NCBI RefSeq assembly: GCF_006345805.1
Contig: NC_043001.1
Span: 125,364,001-125,428,000 of the forward strand
Direction: 5' to 3'
DNA from: Octopus sinensis
Lineage: Eukaryota
Length of the DNA stretch: 64,000 bases
Shown here piece by piece: positions 1 to 9,400 of this stretch; the stretch's first letter is position 1; each line of letters begins with the position of its first letter. A model generated the notes under the pieces. The model made no database searches, was not told the origin of the DNA, and was given only the letters and a program-made list of their open reading frames with translations. The position numbers and the translations under genes are program-made.

Positions 1-212
1 TAATAATTTTGAAGTTTGGCACATGCCAGCAAGTTCGTGGGTGGGGATATGTTGATTATATCGACACCAGAGCTTAACTAGTACTTGTTTTATCGGCACC
101 GAAAGGATGAAAAATTTAGTCGACCTCGGCGGAATTTGAACTCAGAACGTAAGGAAGGACGGGATGCCGCTCAGCATTTTTTCCGGCGTGCTAACGATTC
201 AACGAGCTCGCC
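1..212 (-). mobile_element. tRNA-derived SINE, family A (diverged copy)
   Basis: Reverse complement matches the GGCGGCGAGCTGGCAGAA...GAGTTCAAATTCCGCCGAGGTCGAC...AAGTACCAG consensus seen at 615, 49360 and 58015. Confidence 0.75.
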
Positions 213-464
213 GCATTGTAGTGCTTTTGTATTGATATTTAAAATTAGGGAAGTTTTTGTATGTCTTGGTACTTTTCCATGGAACGTTTGGTACTATCAC
301 GAAATATCTGTTGGCAGCCAGGCATTAGATTAGCTCCAAATTAATATCAAACTGCCGTTAGGGTGTATGTATAAGCGGTATTAAGAAATGTAAATTCGTT
401 ACGTGTTTGGCCTTGGGTCGCCGTCTCTAAATAGTCACATTTTATAGAGGCAAACATACAATCA

Positions 465-552
465 TTCTGAAATCCGAAAATATCCACAACCCAAACCTGA
501 AACACTTCTAGTCCCAAGCTCTTCGGATCCGAATAAAGGATTATCAATTGCA
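465..552. mobile_element. Possible pogo/Tigger-like DNA transposon terminal fragment
   Basis: AAATCCGAAAA...GAAACACTTCTAGTCCCAAGC...TTCGGAT resembles Tigger4/MER46-type termini as I recall them. The partner end was not found. Confidence 0.35.
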
Positions 553-614
553 TTTATAGTTTACACAGTTTTTCAATACCTGTAATGTTATTCTGTTATA
601 TGTTCAAGTGTTAA

Positions 615-1029
615 GGCGGCGAGCTGGCAGAAACGTTAACACGCCGGGCGAAATGCTTAGCGGTATTTCGTCTGCCATTACGGTCTGAGTTCAAATTCTG
701 CTGAGGTCGACTTTGCCTTTCATCCTCTCGGGGTCGATAAATTAAGTACCAGTTACGCACTGGTGTCGATATAATCGACTTAATCCGTTTGTCTGTCCTT
801 GTTTGTCCTCTCTGTGTTTAGCCACTTGTGGGTAGTAAAGAAATAGGTATTTCGTCTGCCGTTACGTCCTGAGTTCAAATTCCGCCGAGGTCGACTTTGC
901 CTTTCATCCTTTCGGGGTCGATAAATAAAGTACCAGTTTCGCACTGGGGTCGATGTAATCGACTTAATCCGTTTGTCTGTCCTTGTTTGTCCCCTCTATG
1001 TTTAGCCACTTGTGGGCAGTAAAGAAATA
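615..1029 (+). mobile_element. SINE family A, head plus two tandem body units, flanked by a 15-bp TSD
   Basis: A-box-like TGGCAGAAACG and B-box GAGTTCAAATTC. The body is repeated once. TSD TATATG(T/C)TCAAGTGT at 597-611 and 1030-1044. Confidence 0.85.
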
Positions 1030-1296
1030 TATATGCTCAAGTGTCACGGTAAACTATGAAAGGCAATCGAAGACATAATCGAGTATCACACCTTAAACAG
1101 CTAGAAGTACGGAATGCAATTGAAGATATAATCATTTCAGAATGATAGGTGCAGACATGGGTGTGTGGTCCGTAACTATGTGGTTTCGGGTTCTGTCTGA
1201 AGGCGCAGCACTTTGTGCAGTTACCTTCTACTATAGTCCCGGACCAACCAGTGCCGTGTAAATGAATCTGGGAGAGGAAAATTGTCTGGAAGCTCG

Positions 1297-1353
<57 letters not shown>

Positions 1354-1419
1354 TGTGCGTGTGTATGTATGCATATATATGTGTGTGTGTGTGTATGTAT
1401 GTATATAAATATATATATA

Positions 1420-1985
1420 TAATATTAATAATAAAAGGGTAAAATTAATTAATTAATCAGTCAATTAATAAATTAATAATTAATAATTTTACCAAGTAGA
1501 TCGGTACGTAAGAATAACCTTTTTTAGGTAAAAATTATACAAATATTCTATAATTATAAACATAATTATAATTAAGGGTGGGCTAATTGCTTCACCACTC
1601 TCTGAATTTAGGAATAGGAGTTAAAATTTTTTTCCTGCATATATTTTTGGAAGTGTTGGATGGATATCAGTTATGCAAAAGCGCTCGATCGCGTACATAT
1701 TCAATCATAGCACTCTCAAATTTATATTGAAATGCTGCATTGAAGAGGTGAAATAAGTAAATATAACTTTACTTTAATCTCGAAACGCGTATGCAGCTAA
1801 TCTGAGTCGCGTGGATTCGCTATTTTTTTTTTTTTTTTTTTGCCTGCTTAAAAAAGTGTTTTACTATCTGGGAGATCTTTACGGTAGCAGAAAAGGAATT
1901 TTAACTCTTATTTCTAAATTCGATGCATGCGTGGTAAAGCAGTTAGCTGACCCCTAATTATAATTACGTTTATAATTATAGAATA
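1420..1985 (+). mobile_element. Short non-coding element with inverted arms (1544-1628 vs 1897-1985) and an internal hammerhead motif; PLE-like
   Basis: The arms are imperfect reverse complements. The left arm runs outward into (TA)n. HHR motif at 1734-1797. Confidence 0.65.
1734..1797 (+). ncRNA. Minimal type-I hammerhead ribozyme motif (U3.G8 core variant)
   Basis: GCTGCA-TTGAAGA-[stem II region with AAGTAAA/TTTACTT hairpin]-GAAA-CGCG-T-A-TGCAGC: perfect 6-bp stem I and palindromic stem III ACGCGT. Confidence 0.65.
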
Positions 1986-2016
1986 CTAGCTGAAGGTGAC
2001 CCGCTCTACGCGCGGG
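1986..2016 (-). mobile_element. Helitron-type 3' terminus
   Basis: On the minus strand, hairpin CCCGC-GCGTAGA-GCGGG, then about 10 nt, then CTAG followed by T. Confidence 0.55.
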
Positions 2017-2049
2017 TAAGAGTGTGGTTGTTACTTTCTGTTGCTTCCT

Positions 2050-2372
2050 TTCAGCACGTTAAAAAGCACCATCCGAACGTGGCGGATTGCAGCGCCGCCT
2101 TGACTGGCTTCTGTGCTGGTGGCACGTAAAAAAGCGCAAACGATCGTGGCCGCTGCCAGCCCCCCTGGCACCTGTGCCGGCGGCACGAAAAAAAGCACCA
2201 CTACGCTCACAGAGTGGTTGGTGTTAGGAAGGGCATCCACCTGTCGAAACACTGCCAGATCAGACTGGAGCTGGTGCAGCCTCTGGCTTCCCAGACCCCT
2301 GTCAAACTGTCCAACCCGTGCTAGCACGGAAAACGGACGTTAAACGATGTGATGATGATGATGTGATGATGA
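2050..2372 (+). mobile_element. Family E repeat (RTE-LINE 3' UTR-type tail ending in (GAT)n)
   Basis: GGTTGG(T/C)GTTAGGAAGGGCATCC...CGGAAAACGGACGTTAAACGATG(GAT)n. Other copies at about 45975-46260(-), 50690-50890(-), 50960-51210(+), 57790-58000(+) and 62030-62283(+). Confidence 0.75.
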
Positions 2373-2849
2373 TTCTCCCTCTTGGTTTCTCTCTCACTTT
2401 CCCACTCTCTTACTCTTCCCTTCTCTCGGAACTCTCCCTCGCTTTCTCTTACTCTCTATCTTTATCTATCTCTCTCCCATTTATAAACAACAAAAGATCT
2501 GAGTAAGTTGAGAAATAAAATATTTAGAAAGATCAATCATAAATCAGGCAGTAGTAACAACGGAAAGGTTTGCTTCAAGAAAGACAGCAAAACACTAACA
2601 TTTAAAAGGGACAGACGAACTTGCGAGCTGAATAAAAATAATAAAATATTGGAAACCTAACTTTGAAGGGATAGAATTTGAGGATAGTAGAGTCACCATG
2701 GCTGGCATTTCTTAACGACGGACAGCAACGTATTGACAGTTCAACGGCTGGCGTAAAATTTTGAACTTGATGTAAAAGAAAATCCCTAAAAACCAAGTTT
2801 TGTATGTATGTATGTATGTATGTATGTATGTATGTACAGTAATCCCTTG

Positions 2850-3170
2850 ACTATCGCAGTAATTCCTTGGCTATTACGTTCCAAAGCCACTCGTTACGGG
2901 GACGTAAACACACCAGCATCGGTTGTCAAGGGATGTTGGTGGGTGGGACAATCACAGACACACACACATACACACAAACTCACACACACACACATATATA
3001 TATATACGACGGGCTTCTTTTAGTTTCCGTCTACCAAATTGACTCACAATGCTTTGGTCGGCTCGAGGCTATAGTAGAAAACACTCGCCCATGGTGCCAC
3101 GCAATGGGACTGAACCCGGAACCATGTGGTTGGTAAGCAAGTTACTTACCGCACAGCCACTCCTGCGCCT
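2850..3170 (-). mobile_element. SINE family B (tRNA head, CORE-like segment, internal microsatellite, 3' module)
   Basis: Reverse complement of the family-B consensus at 4000-4413. Confidence 0.8.
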
Positions 3171-3437
3171 ATATATACATACATATATATATATATATAT
3201 TATATATACACACACATATATGTACATATATGCGCACGCCTGCACGCACGCACACACACACACACACCTATGTACTTTATATATATGTTTGTGGTAAAAA
3301 GACCACGAATATTTTGGAGAGTATAGATGTTCATATCGACCCCTACATATATCACTAAATACTTTATACTATCGATTCCTGGAAGAACAAAAGTCGAAGT
3401 CGACCTCGGCGAAGCACGAGGTGTGAATTTAATAAAG

Positions 3438-3438
3438 A

Positions 3439-3487
<49 letters not shown>

Positions 3488-3502
3488 GTTGTGTTGTTGT
3501 TG

Positions 3503-3555
<53 letters not shown>

Positions 3556-3614
3556 ACAATAACAATAATAATAATAATAACAACAACAACGATAACAATA
3601 ACAACAACAATAAC

Positions 3615-3676
<62 letters not shown>

Positions 3677-3752
3677 TAATAATAATAATAATACAATTAC
3701 TACTACTACTGTTGCTGTTGCTGCTGCTGTTGTTGTTGTTGTTGTTGTTGTT

Positions 3753-3783
<31 letters not shown>

Positions 3784-3808
3784 TTATTATTATTATCATT
3801 ATTATTTA
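3438..3808. repeat. Compound (ATT)n/(GTT)n/(AAT)n/(ATT)n microsatellite
   Basis: Direct reading. Source of the poly-L/Y/N/I ORFs in the track. Confidence 0.95.
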
Positions 3809-3965
3809 GTGAGAGAGTATCACGCCATGGAAGTGACGCTGAGATACAAATATACAAAGCCCAATATATCCATCATGACTTTCTTTGTCCGATAAGAGTA
3901 CACAGGCATGTGCATCACTACCATAAATTGGAAAAACAGCATAGACAAATATAATTGGCTACACC
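3808..3965 (-). mobile_element. Family G repeat (3' end of a (TAA)n-tailed retroelement)
   Basis: GTGAGAGAG...GCCAT...GTGAC.CTG.G.TACAAATATAC...CATCATGACT, also present at about 59862-60020. Both copies abut (ATT)n. Confidence 0.55.
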
Positions 3966-3994
3966 GACCCGTTCCCTTCCAAAGACAATGCTGC

Positions 3995-4413
3995 GGAGGA
4001 GTGGCTGTGTGGTAAGTAGCTTGCTAACCAACCACATGGTTCCGGGTTCAGTCCCACTGCGTGGCATCTTGGGCAAGTGTCTTCTGCTATAGCCCCGGGC
4101 CGACCAATGCCTTGTGAGAGGATTTGGTAGACGGAAACTGAAAGAAGCCTGTCGTATATATATATGTTTATATATAAAAGTGTGTGTGTGTATATGTTTG
4201 TGTGTCTGTGTTTGTCCCCTTAAGCATTGCTTGACAACCGATGCTGGTGTGTTTACGTCCCCGTTACTTAGCGGTTTGGCAAAAGAGACCGATAGAATAA
4301 GTACTGGGCTACAAAGAATAAGTCCCGGGGTCGAGTTGCTCGACTAAAGGCGGCGCTCCAGCATGGCCGCAGTCAAATGACTGAAACAAGTAAAAGAGTA
4401 AAAGAGTAAAGAG
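3995..4413 (+). mobile_element. SINE family B, full copy
   Basis: GGAGTGGCTGTGTGGTAAGTAGCTTGC...GGGTTCAGTCCC...CTTGGGCAAGTGTCTT (CORE-like), internal (TA/TG)n, 3' module, (GAGTAAAA)n tail. Confidence 0.88.
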
Positions 4414-4503
4414 TATATGTCTCAGGAATAGGTGGAGTACGACAGGAGGTAGAGTGGAAGAAACTGCTTGATGTAAACGTTTTGTTGTTGTTCTTGTTCT
4501 TGT

Positions 4504-4603
4504 NNNNNNNNNNNNNNNNNNNNNNNNNNNNNNNNNNNNNNNNNNNNNNNNNNNNNNNNNNNNNNNNNNNNNNNNNNNNNNNNNNNNNNNNNNNNNNNNN
4601 NNN
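4504..4603. other. Assembly gap (100 N)
   Basis: Run of N. Confidence 1.
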
Positions 4604-4629
4604 ACAGTCTCAAAGTGCTAGTAAAGGGC

Positions 4630-4693
<64 letters not shown>

Positions 4694-5486
4694 TAATAAT
4701 AATAATCTAAAAACAGAAAAAAGAAAGAAATTGATATAGAGATGAAACTTGAAATGAAATAAAATAAAGAAACAAAGAGGTAAAATAGGTATACAGAAAA
4801 CTAAAATCATGCACCATCTGACTACTCAAGTCTAGGACATTTGGATATCTTTAATTAAATTAAAATCGACATTACGTTAAAATTAAATTAAGTACATTTG
4901 TTAAGGAATGAATGATATGTTGGTTACATAAGAAATAATTCGACTGGGATTTGAGAGAATTAAAAGGGCAAGAACGCTACCATTAATACTATTTGAATCA
5001 AGTAAGTTTCCTAAAGTAGCTAAGTGGAATTTTTAAGTGGAAATTTGAAGCAAATTCTATTTTGGTAAGTGGGAGCAACGGATCAATAATTCATTTTGCT
5101 AACATATTAAATCACACCTACAATTGAGAATTTCTAACTATTCAACTAAGCACAAATTACAGTTACTTCTATCCTTTTGTATGGAAGTGCATCACCAATA
5201 ATTGAGTGATCGAAGTGCATCACCAAAAATTGAGTGATCGATATTTTTCTCCTTGATGAATTTAGCCAATAAGGTACTGTTTGCCTTTTATACTTAAAGA
5301 AGTGTTCATGATTATGAACCTAAGTTTGAAATTAGATGTCATCACAACTGTGTAATAATGGGCGTAATAAGGTCTTTCATTAGAGCATTTATACGTTAAA
5401 TTATTCCTAACGCATTGGTTACTTACATAAACTTTTTCACGATTCCTAGTTATATATATCAAGTCTATCATCAACAGGGTCCTCAC

Positions 5487-6462
5487 TATTATTATTTTAT
5501 GTTTGACTTTTGCTCTGCATTTGTACAAGTTGGCTCCAAGCCTCACCCAGAGACCTCAAGAGACAACAAGTTAGAAGTTCATATTGGTGTTATGCCTTGA
5601 GTACCATATATTTGGTTTTGTACATAGTGTTGTTTAAGAGAATATTTAAGAAACCATAAGAAAATTATGCATTTGTTTTAAAATTTGAGATTACATAGAC
5701 AGTATTTTACGTAGGACATGGGCAGTTCCCATGAGCACTATCTTTTGAATTTCTGCCATTTTGGGGTTCCTGGTATCTGAGCTAGGTAGCAATCAGCCCC
5801 TTTTGCTATCATTCCCAGGGCACCTATGAAAACAGGTATTGTTTTAGTCTTCAGGCTCCACATTTTGCTAATTTCTATTTCAAGATCTTTATACTTGCTC
5901 AGTTTTTGGTAGGTCTTGGTAGATATGTTTATATCGATTGGGACAGTCATAAATGAGGAGGCATGATTTTTGTCTGAAGTCTTTCAATATGATCAATATG
6001 ATGTCTGGCCTATTTGCATCTATCTTTCTGTCAGTTTGAATGGTGAAGTTCCAGAGGAGTGAGATGTGATCATTTGTAAGCACTGGAGGTGGTTTGTGTT
6101 CCCACCAGTTTTTATCATGAGGCAAGTCCAGGTTTTTGCAAATTACCCAGCGAATATATTGTGCAGCTCTATAATGCCTGTTGAGATACTCTGTAGGTGC
6201 AAGAAAACTGCACACGGAGACAACATAATCAATGGTTTCATTTTGTTGCTGACATCCATGGCATATTGGGAAGCTGCCGTTCTTTAATATGTTGGCCTTG
6301 TAGTTCCTTGTAGGTAGGCATTGATCTTGGGCTGCTATGATAAACCCTTCTGTTCCTGATTTTAAGCCAGAAGCTATTAGCTATTGATGGGTAAGGGCTT
6401 TGTCAACATCGGCATTATTCGCTCTCTTTGGGTATATGCCATTGAGAGGTTTTTCTTGCCAT
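5487..6462 (-). mobile_element. R4/Dong-clade non-LTR retrotransposon, 3' part (CCHC knuckle + restriction-like endonuclease + 3' UTR with (TAA)n tail)
   Basis: Minus-strand translation across frameshifts: WQEKPLNG...SGLKSGTEGFIIAAQDQCLPTRNY...CHGC...ETIDYVVSVC...NRHY...LWNFTIQTDRKIDANRPDII...KLSKYKDLEIE...PVFIGALG...VLMGTAHVLRKILSM*. Confidence 0.88.
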
Positions 6463-6464
6463 TT

Positions 6465-7320
6465 ATCAGTCGGGGTAACGATGCTGGCGCGGGTGGGGCT
6501 TTGATCAATTTAGATCAGAGTAAAGCCTTCGATAGGGTCGACCATCGATACCTGGCAGCTGTTCTCAAGGCAGCCGGTTTCGGTCTAGTCTTCCGCGGGT
6601 GGATCGCTGCTTTATACAGCAACATCTGCTCGGTGATACGGGTGAACGGTCACCCTTCGGAGCCGTTTGACATCTCGCGTTCGGTCCGCCAAGGATTCCC
6701 TCTCTCCTCCCTCTTGTACGTATTGACTCTCGAGCCATTACTGCGCAAGTTGGAGGCTTTGAGGGGTATCCCGCGCGATCTAGGAGGTGGAAACAGCGTG
6801 TCTGCTTATGCCGACGACGTCACCGTGATGGTGTCGAGCCACAGGCACATTGACCTGATCGGCGAAACGCTAAACGAATACGAAGCGGTGCCAAGGGCAA
6901 AAATTCTGACTGTAGCGAAAGAGGAGGTATGGTGGACCCGTTTGAAAGGGCTAAGGTCAGACACTTTCCTCTTTGGCCCAGGCCTCATCAACTTTTTCAA
7001 GTTTTACTTGAAAAGGAAGATGAGAGTAGAGAGGGAAGTGCTGTCCGATAGCAAGTTTACTGAAAGGTGGATAAATGTCGCAAGAATGGCCAGTGTGAAA
7101 GAAGCCATTCTGAGGATACACCTGTAAAAAAAAAGGTTTTACAAAAGGAGAAAGGGGCTCGCTACCCCCCTTTTGACAGGCTCCCGTGGCTTTTATGGGT
7201 TTTACCACCAGGAACCTTTCGTAACGCCTCCCCCTATTGGGAGTTTTTCGTTGTTATAATTTTTCGTTGTTACACTGTTTTTACACGGATTTTTACAAAC
7301 GGACAAAACCCCTTTGTAAC
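6465..7320 (+). mobile_element. Tx1/L1-clade LINE fragment (RT core joined by internal deletion to C-terminus and 3' UTR)
   Basis: ALINLDQSKAFDRVDH...SVRQGFPLSSLLYVL...AYADDVTV, then a jump to the C-terminal VWWTRLKG...FFKFYLKRKMRVERE...ERW...HL*. The right boundary is approximate. Confidence 0.85.
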
Positions 7321-7329
7321 CATTCGTCC

Positions 7330-7630
7330 TTTTTTTTTCTTTTTTTCGTTTTTTTTTCTTTTGTTCATTTCTTGTTTCAAGTTTTCTTTCATTACAATTT
7401 TCAATTTTGATGATGCCAGCCTTCTTCGCATGTTTTAACAATGGCTTCACGGCATTTTTCTATACACCACCCAAAACTGTTTTCCCCTGCTTCGATACAG
7501 TTGTGGAAACTGATCAAACCTCTCCCGCCCTTTCTTCTGGACAAGTACAGCCTATTGATGTCACTCTTAGAGTGGAAGGCTCCGTGTACTGTCAACATTT
7601 TTCTGGCCTTGGTGTCCATTTTCTTCACTT
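7330..7630 (-). mobile_element. R4/Dong-clade fragment (post-RT region)
   Basis: KMDTKARKMLTVHGAFHSKSDINRLYLSRRKGGRGLIS is a typical R4/Dong motif downstream of the RT. Confidence 0.8.
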
Positions 7631-7880
7631 CTCTCTGTATGTATGTATGTATGCAAAGTTACAACTACAGCCGGCTATTACCAGTAAAGGTTTTAGTTGC
7701 CAATTTTGTATAAGACATTGTAGATCTTTAGCTGGGCTAAAAAATCGCTAAACTTTGTGGCTACTTAAGCAATGTGTTCGTGGATAGTTAATGGGTTGCA
7801 TCTGACACCGAAGAAGGAGCAATAACTTATGAAATATGCATAATGCACCCATTACCCATTTTTCTATCTTCGATCGCATT

Positions 7881-7922
<42 letters not shown>

Positions 7923-7938
7923 TATATATATATATATA

Positions 7939-7972
<34 letters not shown>

Positions 7973-7984
7973 GTGTATATATGT

Positions 7985-8212
7985 TTGTGTCTGTGTTTGT
8001 CCCCCACATCGCTTGACAACCGATGCTAGTGTGTTTTACGTCCCCGTTACCTAGCGGTTCGGCAAAAGAGCCGATAGAGAAGTACTACTAGGCTTACAAG
8101 GAATCAGTCCTGGGGACAATTTGCTGCTCTCGATCGACGAAGGCGGTGCTCCGGCATGGCCACAGTGAAATAACTGAACAAGAAAAGCGTAAAGAGAGTA
8201 AGAAGAGAGTAT
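7985..8212 (+). mobile_element. SINE family B, 3' half
   Basis: TGTCCCC...CGCTTGACAACCGATGCT...GGCGGTGCTCC.GCATGGCC...GAGTA tail. Confidence 0.75.
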
Positions 8213-8264
8213 ACATACATACATACATACATACATACATACATACATACATACATACCATATA

Positions 8265-8311
<47 letters not shown>

Positions 8312-8394
8312 ATATATATATATATATATACGTATATATAGATACGTATGTATGTATATATGAAACATTCCTGCAAGCAACAACTCTTTTATTC

Positions 8395-8605
8395 CTTCAC
8401 TGTTTTACTTGTTTGATGTTGGAGCACCACCTTAAAAGGTTTTTTAGTCGAAGAAAACGGCTCGAGGACTTATTCCTTGTAAACAGTATTTATTGTATCA
8501 GTTTCTTTTGCCGAACTGCTAAATTAAGGGGACTAAAAAAAACAACCAACATCGGTTGTCGAACGATGGTGGGGAAACAAATATTAACACAGACTCACAT
8601 AAACA

Positions 8606-8652
<47 letters not shown>

Positions 8653-8660
8653 AACAAACA
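8395..8660 (-). mobile_element. SINE family B, 3' half
   Basis: Reverse complement of the same module. Confidence 0.7.
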
Positions 8661-8723
8661 TATATATATATGAAAAAACAAGTCAAAATAGAAAATGCTA
8701 AAATAATTTTATAAAGAACATTT

Positions 8724-8761
8724 CAGTACCGGTTTCGGTCATTTTGAGACCTTTTCAACTG
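8724..8761 (-). ncRNA. Minimal type-I hammerhead ribozyme (U3-A8 covariant core), element-sense copy
   Basis: CAG-TTGAAAA-GGTC-TCAAAAT-GACC-GAAA-CCGG-T-A-CTG on the minus strand. Confidence 0.75.
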
Positions 8762-8989
8762 TAACGATTAAATAATTAAATTTAGAAAAATTAGAAGAAA
8801 AGTTTTTTTAAAGGAATATTTGTATAGTTTTCAAATTTCAGTGGCATTCTACCTTTCTCTGACTCCCTTGTTTGCACTTGTGTGTTGGAGGTCGTTGTGA
8901 ATTCTTGGTAGGGTAGGAGGAGAAGAGGGGTGATGAGGAGAAGGGGTGGAGAAATTTGGGAGTGCCTTGATTGTCGTATTTTGAATGGT

Positions 8990-9111
8990 CAGTTGCAGTT
9001 CAATTCAGGAGAATATTTCTATTGAAAGGTTGGTTTGTGGAATTTGCGTAGGCGTTATACTAGAGAGCATTAGTGATAAAGTTAAAGGTAGAAGGTGGAG
9101 AAGAAGAAGAA

Positions 9112-9143
<32 letters not shown>

Positions 9144-9400
9144 AGAAGAATATGACGAGTTGATGATGAAGTGATGATGATTATGAAGAAGAAGAAGAAG
9201 AAGAAGAAGAAGAAGAAGAAAAGAAGAAGAAAAGATGATGATGAATGATGGTGGATGATGATGACGACGATGATGATGATTAATGATGATGATGAAAAAA
9301 GAGGAAGAAGAAGAAAAGAAAACAGAGAAGGGAGAATATGAATGGGTGAAAGTAGTGAGGTGTTGTATGACTTGAAGTTGGCATGTTATGGATTATAGCT
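8990..9400. repeat. (GAA)n/(GAT)n low-complexity tract in the PLE 3' UTR
   Basis: Direct reading. Confidence 0.85.

Noticed and set aside
1573-1956. hAT MITE with 8-bp TSD ATTATAAT
   Set aside because: The apparent TSD is palindromic and the inverted match extends about 30 bp further out, so it is part of a longer inverted repeat.
5184-5240. 28-bp direct duplication GAAGTGCATCACCAA.AATTGAGTGATC
   Set aside because: Two copies only; an ordinary local slippage event.
6384-7127. A 247-aa reverse transcriptase gene
   Set aside because: Chimeric and internally deleted retrotransposon fragment, not a functional gene.
7793-7850. CCGAAGA-A-GGAG..CTTAT-GAAA-TATGCATA within GGGTTGCAT/ATGCACCC
   Set aside because: U4 is changed, stem II is poor and there is no U16.1. 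Suggestive position near (TA)n but not supportable.
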